This document shows, piece by piece, positions 48,017 to 59,600 of a DNA stretch of 64,000 nucleotides (position 1 is the first letter of the stretch; each line of letters begins with the position of its first letter). Source of the DNA: Amphiscolops sp. MND2022. Lineage: Eukaryota. The position numbers and the translations under genes were made by a program. The stretch spans positions 43,712,001-43,776,000 of the forward strand of contig OZ076409.1 of NCBI GenBank assembly GCA_964187785.1. Reading direction: 5' to 3'. The notes under the pieces are model-generated. The model did no database searches and was not told the origin of the DNA. It was given only the letters and a program-made list of their open reading frames with translations.

Positions 48017-49399
48017 TCATATGAGGATAGCGAGGAATAGACAAACTTGAATGCCTGAAACAAAAAGTGCGGAATGATAAGTTGAGCTTTGACGACACCT
48101 CCTCCCCCCTTGAAAAGAAATGGAGTGTAGCTCAGGCAGTGGATCGGCATCCTTATTCGGTAGTAGCAGGACATACAAAAAGCATGAAAAATCAGGACAT
48201 CCAATAAAGAAGGAAACTGAGGCTGGGTCTGTCTCAAGACTGTGACAATTGTTCGGAGGACGGCCACGCCTAGGTCCCTTTGGTCGATGCGACCATGGTA
48301 GTAAGAGGATTGAGCGTGGTGGACGCCCACGGCGACGTCTACGATGAAGCGAAAGCAGAACTTTATGCCACGAGAGTTCATCAGAAGTCCGCGGTGGTCG
48401 ACCACGTCTATGTCCAGTCGGTCGAGATTTGGTTGAACCACTATGCAACCATTTGATAATCATTGGCTGGTCCACCTGAATATAATCATGTAGACCACGT
48501 TCAGCAGACGTTGGCTCAATAGAATATCTCAGGAAACTCGGCAGGAACTGCGAAGTGAATAATAGGGACTTTGTTCCAGGGAAGTGAGAGTTGCTTACAG
48601 AATCCTGCGATAAGGAAATGGAGGATGAGATTGATATTCGTTCATTTGTCGTATCACTTGAGTAGAGGTTGCGCTCGCGCAACCTCTTGTCACCGGCGTG
48701 ATATTTAGGCAAAGTGTCAGCAATAATCATGGTTGAAGTGTTCAAAGATATTGGGTCCACTCCCATGTCTTTTGTTGGCGGTGTCATTGGTTCTGCTTCA
48801 GCGTCGCTTGGAATATTGATAGTGGCACTTCTAAGGTGTATTTGCTTATCTGCATTTATCGACTGCATTTGTGCAGGCACTCGTGCTAACAATTTCTCCC
48901 TGCGAAGTCCGCTTTGTGCCATCAAGTTTGATATTTCATCCATCTGCTGCTCCAGGGCCTCTAATTGTTGATCCTGTTTCTGATAAATCTGAATGGTGGT
49001 TTTTTGGCGAGATTTGTCCGACGACGATACTGAACTAGGACTGGCAGTCCTGATGCTTCTCTCCGGCTCGGTATCCTGTGTGTTAGATGGCATTGAGTCT
49101 CGAAAATCGGAGACAATTTTGAAACTACCCTCCAAAGTCCAATCTTCCAAGTTCAAATCGTCTAACTTCGTCGATCGGTCATGTTCATCTACTATTTGGG
49201 ATTCATTTTGAGGTTGAACATCATGAACATCCATTGGTTGTGCTGCACTGACACCCTTTTTCCGTTTAAAAAAGGAACGGATGCGGTGGAAGACTTTCCA
49301 ACGTTTCATTTCAGCTTCAGAGGCTTCCAACTGCTTGACTAGAACCACCAGTGTATCCAAATTTGGTGTCAGGGTCAAAGTCAAGAGAAGTTCTAGCAA
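48017..49399 (-). CDS. ORF of element C: Gag-N-terminus-related protein with three AT-hook-like motifs
   Basis: TKDMGVDPIS resembles TRDQGVDPMS in Gag of D, with a coiled coil. Three RRGRPP motifs. No CCHC and no capsid core. Confidence 0.6.
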   Translation of the reverse strand: MLELLLTLTLTPNLDTLVVLVKQLEASEAEMKRWKVFHRIRSFFKRKKGVSAAQPMDVHDVQPQNESQIVDEHDRSTKLDDLNLEDWTLEGSFKIVSDFRDSMPSNTQDTEPERSIRTASPSSVSSSDKSRQKTTIQIYQKQDQQLEALEQQMDEISNLMAQSGLRREKLLARVPAQMQSINADKQIHLRSATINIPSDAEAEPMTPPTKDMGVDPISLNTSTMIIADTLPKYHAGDKRLRERNLYSSDTTNERISISSSISLSQDSVSNSHFPGTKSLLFTSQFLPSFLRYSIEPTSAERGLHDYIQVDQPMIIKWLHSGSTKSRPTGHRRGRPPRTSDELSWHKVLLSLHRRRRRGRPPRSILLLPWSHRPKGPRRGRPPNNCHSLETDPASVSFFIGCPDFSCFLYVLLLPNKDADPLPELHSISFQGGRRCRQSSTYHSALFVSGIQVCLFLAILI

Positions 49400-52300
49400 T
49401 CATCGCGTGCTGAAAACTGTTCAACGCTTTACAAGCTGCTCAGAGGGTAAACAAAGTTGTTCTCGAGCAAATTGCTGTAGTCAAGTTGGATAGTGCGCAT
49501 CAAACAGACAGTCGAGCGGTTTATTGACCTCTCAACCTCAATGGATTTGGGTATGTTGTGATTACCCAAAAGAAATCTCTGCAAATTTGACGTAATATTC
49601 GGGGCTTGTGCTGCTTGATACTGCTGAATGAAACCAAATAGAGGCACCAGAGAGTTCACAAAAGTTCGCAATCCGGTGAAAATATTGTCACTAGGATGTT
49701 GCTCCGCTCAAAATCTCGTGATTTTGGCTAAGTCGGAACCCTCAGAGTCTCTTTTGGATATCGAAAAGGCTGCTTAGGCTCACAGCGTAACGCCTAGAGG
49801 TTTTTTGTGGGAAAAATGTAGTCCTGAGTGCGTAGCAGGCACTCAAAACTGCTGAATTGGGCTTTTTAGGATCAACTTTCAAAGTCTCAGATGAGTTCAA
49901 AATTTATGACCCCTGCCGGCAATTTTTTGGAAACGTGGGATTTGCCTCGTTTGCACCCAGGAAGGCTTTCCGGGTCTCTTCGGTTGGAAAATGAAGGCTT
50001 TTGGTCTCTGCTTTTCGTATAGTGGGAGTACTGAGGTTTTATGTTTTCGTTTTTTTTGACGGTTTTCCGGAATTTTGGCCAAAATGCGTGTCTGGGAACA
50101 GTCAACATCAGTTTTATCACGCGTATTGGGTAGAAAATTGAACAGCACGTTTGTTCAGTTACACAAATTTGAAAAATGACCTCCCGAGGCCGATAATTAC
50201 CTCCAGCTACAAGCTAGAAAGTCTTTAAAGGATTTTTGAAACTTTTAAAAAATTTAGAAAATTACTCAAGTGGCTCGTACCAAGACTGGGAACGTAAGAT
50301 CGGGCTCAAAAATAGCCACGCGGCCCCACCTGTAGCCAGGTACACTGTGACAAGCACGAATTGGGGCTCAGACTATTGAATGAGTTGCAGATGCTGTACA
50401 GGCTTTCCGTATCACCGTATCTTATGGGGATACGATTTTTCACGTGCAACCAGAGACTCTTGTCCACAGTGATGAGCTCGCAAGCTCACTTTTTCAGCAA
50501 CAGTGCATCAAACGACACTGACAACAATGGTCCAGAGAAATGTAGTCCCAACGTTCCGATCAGGTGCGGCGACAACTCCCAAAAATGATCCAACTCGTTA
50601 CAATACACAGGATATCACAACTGTAAGTAACAAAATGCTATGTTGCAGCAAAGCAGCACATTCGATATTGACCACAAATTGCACGCACAGCAAGGAATTC
50701 ACAAATAGGAGTTCAGACCAGGGGGTTTTCACAAGTTTCCAACACGTAAAACTGGGTTTTGTCCCACTTCCCAAATTTTCGTCTCAGTGAGGACTTAAGC
50801 CAGAATAAGGGTATGCACGTCTCAAATGGGTCGAAATCACATCTAGGGGTCGTAGCGAGTTCAAATTCACTCAAGCAGTTGTTACCAATCGACAAGCTCA
50901 GAAAATGAGTTTGATTTGCAGCTAAACTTTCGCTAAGACAATCACGCGACGTTTACAACAAATTTTGAACCTTTTCGGAGAGTATAAAAAAAGACAACTG
51001 GCTCGAAATCGTCACTGAAGAGTCGAATCTGGCTCAAAATTGACCAGAAGATCCTACACACACGTAGGTACACGGAATTGAGCACGTATTTGGGTTCCGA
51101 GGCTTGTACACTGTTTCGCCTTTGTACAGACGTGCGTTACACCTATGTCTCAGTAGGAGTCAAAATGCACGCTTATTATACAACTTCTGAGCACTGGTAT
51201 GAGTTAGCAGTTCGGTATTCTCTCTAACAATGCACCAAGTAGCACAAATTACGACGGTGGGCTACAATTTGTCCCCACTTTTCGATTAAGGTGTTCAGGC
51301 TTTTCAAAAAAATTTCAAAAAAATTGCCTTTTTGCACCTCTTTTTGTGCAGTACGTTTTTGCCAATTTCTGAACGAATATTGAACCAAATGGCTTGAAAC
51401 TTGGCAGGCGCTGCCAGTGGGCAGTCAAAATGCTGGTTCAATGGTTCGATGAAAGCTCGCGAGCTTTCCTAGGGTTACGACTGAGTACAGACACTATTTC
51501 AGCAAAAACATTCTTTTTTTGACACTTTTTTCACAAATTGGATTTGTGGAAATTTGGTCAAATTCAGTGCGTTTTTCCACTTTTCTCAGCACTGAAAAGG
51601 AATTTTTTGACGCGGTTCTCACCCTCACACGTTATTTTTACCATATAAACTGAAAATGAGAGCTCGGAAGCTCCTAGCTAACAAAAAGACAGAGTGCCCA
51701 GGGGGTTTTAATTTGTACTCACACACTCCTGAAACTGACTAAAATACAAGGTTTTTCAAAGTTTTCCAGTTACGAACACGTAAACAAACTACTCAAACGT
51801 TAATTTCTGTCCCGTGAAAGGTGCCCCAAGCTCTTAGTAGCACGGAAGAGGCGATTGCAATGCTATCCAGCACTCTTCCGGTAGCATTTCATAGTGGTTT
51901 TTTGTCAATTTTGCCAAAAATCGGGATTTTTTTTCATACAAAATGCGTCCAAAAATGGACTCCAACTCCTTTTCTGGTGGACAATACATTATGTAGCAGC
52001 ACCCTAGAGGTCTTGCGCTACTTTCCATACATTTTTGCAACTGTTGTGACTAACATCTAGAGCGCTCGCGCTCGTACCAAGAAAAACACTCAAAAATGCC
52101 AAAATTGACGTTTTTGCTACTTTTGCATCCAAAATCGGACTTTTCTCACCGAAAACGGCTGCAAAAGCACACACTAAGTTGCAGCAGGGAAAAACTAGCA
52201 TGAAAAAACGATTCCCCATCAAAAAATGCACAATCGAAAAATTTTTCTATACCATAATCCGAAAAACTGATACTTCTGGAATGAGTGGTGGTACATTCGG

Positions 52301-52849
52301 CGTCTTTTTTCTCAACACTCAGACCAGCTAGAGAGAAACGGTTTGGATTGTCGGCAATGTCAGCAGTTGTTCTACCTTTCCACCAAAAACCATCCCTCTA
52401 GGACGTCTCCACGAGAAATGGGAAAGGAGAGTCGGGAACACTCGTTTCAGCTCATCTATCAGTCGGATGGAACATGGTTCAACTATCAATTTCACCGCTC
52501 GTACACAAGCGCAAATCACTGAAAACAGCTAGAAAAACCTGTTAAACACCAGTAGCGACGTGCTACTGTCCACTACGCTTCTAAAAAGAGGACCCGCTGA
52601 TGGGAACCTTGCAATTTTAGACGATTTCTGTCAACAAATACCGTTTACTAATATACCATCGGTATTTGGGGAAGTGAAGTCACCTGAAAAACGGACAGAA
52701 AACCTGCCACAGTAAACCTGTCAATACATCAAACTTTAAAAAATGAAGGAAAACTCTGCGTTAACATCTCCAACCAGAGCCAGGTCGTACTTGGCGTTAA
52801 TCACCAGAGGGTCGGCTCTTTTAAAACCATTAAGGGAAGCACTTCGAAG

Positions 52850-52869
52850 CGATCCCTCTGTGGTCGCCA
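52850..52869 (-). promoter_or_regulatory. PBS of element C (TGGCGACCACAGAGGGATCG, tRNA-Arg-like)
   Basis: Identical to the PBS of element D; 16 nt from the LTR end. Confidence 0.7.
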
Positions 52870-52885
52870 AAAAATGATGTCTCTA

Positions 52886-53191
52886 TGTAACGACAAGCTC
52901 TCACCATTGTCGCCGTAACCATAAGAGTTAGAGGAACACATGATATGGGTATTTGCCCGGGACAGGCGCCCATGACCATGAGCTCATTTTGCCACTTTCG
53001 GGTAAAAACTGTCCCGTCAGAGGAGGATTCCGCTTCTTGTGAAGTGCTCGCCGTCCTGATCCAGTCTTTAATTGCTGTCAGTAGCGCGAATTACGCTTTT
53101 TCTTCGAAACCATCACTTAGACAGCCTTTAAAAACGTTCCGAAAGGAAATTATGTTAAATTTTCGTTATTCAGGGTGACTTGGGAATAATA
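52886..53191 (-). repeat. U5-side remnant of 5' LTR of element C
   Basis: Near-identical to 46069-46386; stops at the insertion point of D. Confidence 0.85.
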
Positions 53192-53923
53192 TGTAACGGC
53201 AAGCTCTGGTACAGCAACATCAACTTCGACATGTTCAGAAAATTTTGTCAAAAATTCGTTCAAATTTGACGTGGCACTCAAACATGCTCAAGACGAAGTA
53301 CCTGCCAGAAAAAGCACCCCAGAAAAGCAGAAATCGCCGCTCGCGACGAACAAGCACCGGAGACGACTAAAAAGACGTCCCCAACGCATACAGAACACGG
53401 TATTGTGTCAATCTCTAGGAGATATCCATTACTACAGTAAAGGAAACCAGTGTTCCAGATGTTCGCCTGAGCATCCTTGCGGTATCCTGTGTGGCAACTA
53501 GCGCTAGCGCTGGGAACCTGAGGTCAATCTTCATCAAATGACTCTGAACTCTTGATTTCTTGTTGTATTTTTCGATGTGGTAAATTAATATGCTCGAGAG
53601 CTGTTGTTTAACATCTGTTTATCCAATTTGGCGATTTTATCAGATTCTCCAATATTACGGTTCAACCTTCATCGATTTTCAGCCCAATTTTTAAAGGCTA
53701 GTTGAGCAGTGGTCTTGAGTCTTGCAAGATGCCTGTTACTTTTAGCAGTTACAGACTAGGACCAGGCCAGAGAGCGTCCTACAAGACGGTTCCCCCACCT
53801 TGGGACTGGCTCTTTCGGAGGGAAAATGAGCTAGGGCCGCGGAGATCTAAGTCCCAGATTACATTCGCTGTTCTAGTTCCTCCACTCTACGTTGCGGTTC
53901 AAGCGCCAGCGCTTATCGTTACA
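53192..53923 (+). repeat. 5' LTR of element D (732 bp)
   Basis: tgtaacg...cgttaca termini. The start is homologous to the start of C's LTR. Confidence 0.8.
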
Positions 53924-53938
53924 TAGAAACTCATTTTT

Positions 53939-53958
53939 TGGCGACCACAGAGGGATCG
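53939..53958 (+). promoter_or_regulatory. PBS of element D (tRNA-Arg-like)
   Basis: TGGCGACCACAGAGGGATCG, 15 nt after the LTR. Confidence 0.7.
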
Positions 53959-56628
53959 TCTTGGGAAGCTTTCCCTAGCGGTTTTTAAAAGATCTGGCCC
54001 CCTGGTGTTCAGCGCCAAGCCCGTTTTCGACTCTGGACAGGAGAGAAGAGCAGAGTTTTACCTCTTTTTAGTCGTATTACGTCTTACTGGAACTGGGAGA
54101 GGCGTTGAACCAGTGAAAATGCCGAAGAAAACATGTTTTCAGGTGCGAAAATGGCATTTTTGGGCATTTTAGAAGGAAATCGCTCTTTATGTGTGATGTG
54201 TTGTACACCCATCAGCGGGTACTTTTTTGCAGGTGTAGAGGACCGTAGCACGTGGCTACGGGTGTCTAACAGGTTTTTTGAGCTATTTTCAGCCATTTTA
54301 TGCCATGCAAGAGGGTAACGGATGGATGGTTGACCATACTCCAGCGAGGCGAAGGAGGGGACAAATCTTGTGTTGCCTACTTCCTATTCCCATTTCTCGT
54401 GGAGACGTCCTAGAGGCATGGTTTTTGGTGGACAGCAAGTACAACGACAGACGGTGCTAATGGTCCCACCCGCGTGTTTCTATCTGGTCTAGAAGTGGAG
54501 AAATAACGTGGTGAAGATGCACCCCCTAGGAACAGATGAGTCGCTCAGATGGCGTATGGTTGGCGAAAATTTTGAAAATACACCTCTTTCGATGGAGAAT
54601 CGATGGTGCAGGTCAGTGACGTTCTACCATAAATGTAACGGCACCCTACGAAGTGCTTTTCTGCGAAAAAGATAGCACTTTGAGAAAAAAACCTCATTTT
54701 TGCGTTTTTTTGGTGTTTTTCTTGGTTTCGAGCACTAGTGCTCACAGAAGCCAGGAAAGTGTGGTGGAAAGTTTTGAAAAAGCAGCTGCAAGGCTCGAGA
54801 AAGCCGGCACGAGGCACGAAAGGCGAAGTTGAAGCCTTTGATTGTGATAAAAGTGCCAACTTGATGCCGAAAAATGTGAAAAAAGCGGAAATTTGGCCAA
54901 AAAGGCACCCAAAATGTGAACGTACACGAGAGTGGAAGTGTAAAATGACAGTGTACGGCACTATCCCAAGTGTAGTTGACCCTCAGGATACGAATTGTAA
55001 TTTTTGTAGCGGACTCAGGCAGCCTGGGGCTGATACAGTGCGAAAAACTTTTGATTTTTGGCATTTTCGAGCAGAGAAGGTGCATTAACCGAAAACACCC
55101 AGAGCGAAGCTTATTCGAAGAGAGCGGGCTCGAGCGCTCTCATTTTCAATTGTAGCAGCAAAACCGACGCATTGTGGTGAAAACCGCGTGCGAAAATTCC
55201 TTTTCAGCGTCGAGAAAAGCTGAAAAACCTTGAATTTTGGCCAGTTTCAGGAGTGCCAGAGTGCATCATCAAAACCTCCAGGGCACTCAGTGTTTTCGAG
55301 ACCGGAGAGCCCGCGCGCTCCTATTTTCTGTTTTTATAATACAAACGACGCATTGTGGTGAAAACCGCGTGCAAAAACTCTTATTCAGTGCTGAGAAAAG
55401 TGGAAAAACGCACTGAATTTGATCAATTTTCCACTAAACCGGACTGTCTCTGAGCTAGGGTCGGGTCATCGATTCCTGAACCCTAGCCAAAAAGTGGTTG
55501 CCTTTTCGTAACCACCACAAAAAACAACGTTAGTGCCGAAAATTTGATGGGCGTATCGCTCACCAAAGTTGAGAGAAACTCTCTGACGTTTCGACTGCAG
55601 AGAAGCATAAAAGGACCAAAAAATTCCAAAACTGCAGGACTGACAGTGCCCTTTACCTAACGGGCACAACCAATTGAGGGTTTATCCCAGTGCTACGGAT
55701 AATGGGGCGACACGTTGGTCCCATTTTGCCTGCCGTATCACTTTCTGAGGTGATCCTCTTGGTCAATTTGTGAAAAAAGTCGTCAAAAACAGTGTTTTTT
55801 CGTGTACAACCTACGTAGTGGGTCGAAACCTCAAATAAGCGCTCGCGCTTCAATTCGACCATATCAGTGGCATTGTAGGTGCCTACTGGCATAGACTACC
55901 AAGTTTGGTGCCGATCTGTGCGATACTTGTTGAGAAAATAGGAAAAACGTGGCACCCAAAAAGGCGTGCAAAAAGGCAGTTTTTTCCAAATTTTTCCGAG
56001 TAACCCGGGCACCTTAGCCGACGGGTGGGGCTATATTGCAGCCCACCATCGTATCCTGTGCTAGTTCCTACGTTGCTGCAGAGAATTTGAGCTTGCTAGC
56101 TCTTTCCAGTGGATCGCAATCTTGAGAAAGACGTGAGAAACAGTGTATTTCGGTACATAGTGGTACCGCACGTCTGTACCTAGGTGAAACTGTGTAGAAA
56201 GGGCGCAACTCAAAACTGTGCTCATTTTCGTAAACCTACGTGTACCTAAGATCTGCTGGCCAATTTTGGGCTGGATACGGCGCTTCCCGTGCATACCCGA
56301 GCCTTTGGAGAGTTATCGTGCCAATTTTGAAAAACCCGAAAATTTCTTGAAATCCTTCCTCTGGGTGACTCGAGACCTTTTGCCCCAAACGAAGTTGATT
56401 TTCCAGCCCAGTGTGCTTGTGGAAAAACGCTGTGCAAATTTGAACGGCCTACGAGCCCTAGAACGTGTTCCGAAAAATCTAGAACATTGAATATCACCAA
56501 AATTCTTAAGTGCTCACCGGGACGACCAAGGGATCAGCTTTGGAGTGAAGACCCTGGTACGTTCGGCGACCCAATTTGAGTCTTCCGAGTAATCGTGAGC
56601 GGTAACTCGATCGCTATCGATAAACGCG

Positions 56629-59600
56629 TTGGCCACCGAACCGATGGCGGTGTCCCATACTGGTTCACAATCATGGGTCACGATAGAGGGTTCGTGTTTT
56701 TCAGACAACATGTCTGACGAAGTCACTATCGAACAACAGCGAAAGGAGGAATTGGCCGCTATGGTTCCTCCCTCAGAAAACTCCAGTACTTCTGCAAATT
56801 CGCGTCGAACTGAACAGTGGGTCGACGAAACCTGCCGCGACAGAGCTAATGAAGTGGAAGAGGGCTGGCCTAATTCGAACATGACCGATGAACTGGCGGC
56901 TGAGGAAGGGTGCTCGCGCGCACCCCCGGCTGGAGAAATACAACTTGGCTCACAGACTGACATAGAGCAGGACCTCACTTATGTGGGAGGCATGAGTTAC
57001 GCGCGACAGCGGGGGCTCGGGACCACTCGAGGACCTACCCGGGTCTGTGCCTACGGAAAGCACAAGAAGGTACGACCACCCCTACTACAGGTAGGCGAGC
57101 CACGTCAAGAGGCATCCCGTGTCAGGAGTATGACAGGCTCATTGGCCTCATCGCAACGGTCTTCAGTATACAAGGCAGCGTTATTGGATGCCCAAGCCGA
57201 AACCCAACGGGCCCTAGCAGGTCTGGCCAGCACTCGTGCTGAGTGCAATGAGCAACACCTGGCTATCGTAGAGAACATTAAAATGATGCAGACGACGATG
57301 CGTGAAGGCCTGCAGGTCAGTGATCAATTGCGCACCGCGCAGAATGTGCAAACTGCTCGAGTGGACACATTGGGTCACCGGATAGGCGAGATGAATGACA
57401 CGTTGATGTCTCGCGAGCTGCGCGTGGAAACGCAGATCAACGACTTAAGCAATCAGATGCACACGGTACTCAATGCCATTGAGGTCATGAGGCGTGAGAG
57501 GTCACTCCCGCGGCAGTCCAGTGCAAGTGGAGGCGTGCGGAGCGGAGGTACAGTCCGTGTCTCGGAGCCGACGTGCCCGAGCCAGGTAGTGAAGTCGGAA
57601 CTGCCGAGCGCGCTAAAGCCTAGCACTTCCAGTCCGGCGGTGCCTGTGACCCGAAAAGATGAAGGAGTAGCCGGAAATTTGGTGACGGCCATGCCTGAAG
57701 CAGAGCGCAAGCCTGCACGAGTGCAGATGAGGGGGCATCACGACTCAGCAGAATCATCGATGCCTTCTGCAACCCAGAGTACCACTCGAGATCAAGGCGT
57801 GGACCCGATGTCGACCATCTATCTTGATTCCTCAGTCGAAGTCGACCCATCTAGCACCAAAGCAACCCTAGGCTCTCAAACCGAGGGAGCAATGTTTGCA
57901 ACAGCCCCTGTTTCGATGCCAGGACCAGATTCTTTATACTGGACCGCGGACTTGTCAGCCGAACATGGACTGCCCTCGGGCACTCCCTGTGCTAGCAGCA
58001 CTCGTAAAAAGGACGAAATCGCTGACCTGTCGATACAAGCTACTCTTGGTAGTCATGACAGGACACGCGAAGAGGAGGCCAAGGCCGATGAAGGAGAAGC
58101 CATATCCCCCGAGCAGCTGAGATTCACGGCCGCCATATCGAAGGCGATGTCCAAAGAGTTAGCGCCCTTACTCGCCGGCAGAGACTTGGCTCAGGCGAGG
58201 CCCAATGTATATCGCGGGTCCAAAGAAGGATCCATTGATGGGTGGATCCTTATCATGCAGAGATACCTGAAGAGAACACAAGCCAAGGTTTCAGCCGAGG
58301 ACCAGGCTTGGAGCATCATCGGTCACCTCGAAGGTGAAGCCCGCAACTACATTATCAACAAAGCGGAATCCGAACGTGACACCCCCGAAAAGGTGTTCGA
58401 ATTGTTATCCAGCCGCTTTGGCGCTGGAGGAAACCGTATGCAAGTGCGACAAGCTTTCCAGAGCCGCATTCAACAAGAGAAAGAAGACTGGATGCAGTAT
58501 TTAGACGCTCTAGAGGGTCTTCGAAGTCAAGGATTCCCACAAGAGGCAATCACCACCAAGCGCTATGAAATCCTCCAGCGCTTCATGGAAGGAGTGCGAG
58601 ACCCAGCGCTGAGGCGAGAGCTGGCCATAGTTTATGCCTCGGAAGTCTTCCTGACCGAGCCACCCACGGTGGAATCCCTCCGCTTCACCACCCGCCAATT
58701 GCAACGCAACCGTCCAAAACCTAACCAATTCCCTCAACCTTATGACCCCAGACTAGCGATGAGGTCTCGACCTCATCCCTTCGCGCCACTACCCCCCAAC
58801 AAAATGGTATTACCACAAGGAGTAATGCCTCCCCCACCTGCGAGTAATGCCCCCAATCAAGCAGCAGTGCAGCCTGCGGCACGCCTACCCGTTGGCGCGT
58901 GCTATAATTGCGGACAAGCTGGGCATTTTGCCCGGGACTGTCCTGCCCGTGATCAAGCTCGCAAACCAGTCCCAGCTCCTGAACCAGAAGGCGTGAAAGT
59001 CACTGCCGAAGACGTAACTGATGGCGTGTTGGAGAGCTATCCAAGCATTCATCAGTGTGCGCACTGTGGAGTCTATGACCATGTGGATGTCCCTTGTGGT
59101 GAGCATTCCCAAGCTCCGAGGCCTAATGATGAATTGGCCTACAATCGATGGGCTGAAGTGGAATCCGCTGGTGTGGCCGCCCACACGGTACCCCTGGACG
59201 ATGATCGCGTATTGATGCTACACCCAGCGGAGCCCCCAGCGTTTCACCCCCCACTGATAGTTACATGTGGGACAAAGCAGATTCAGACGTGCCTAGAGCC
59301 CACCACGTTCGACCCACAAGGGAGGACGTTGATCTCGATTCATCTTATGCTGGCAGCCGAGCAGGTGCGCAGACCAACGTTAACTTTGGCAAAACTTTGG
59401 GTTGAGCTATCTGTCCTCTACAACCGGATGGAATTGCCCCGCCCAAAACAGTGGCACGTCCCCGGAGAGTCAGAGACCCTGACTACATACTCGCCAGTAC
59501 CAGTCTGTGCAACGATGGACGGCGTGGACGTGAAATTCGAGGCCTGTGTGGTGGTAGATGTATTCCCACCCGGCTTATGCTTGGGACCTCAAGAGCTGAA

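Larger units (their letters stand above)
46069..53191 (-). mobile_element. Non-autonomous LTR retrotransposon C (no pol); 5' LTR interrupted by element D
   Basis: LTR at 46069-46852 with PPT-like ggggagtg; partial second LTR at 52886-53191; PBS at 52850-52869; no RT motifs internally. Confidence 0.82.

Noticed and set aside
54634..54647. Another LTR start (tgtaacggcaccct) in D's leader
   Set aside because: Only a 14-nt match to C's LTR start, with no PPT before it and no continued homology.
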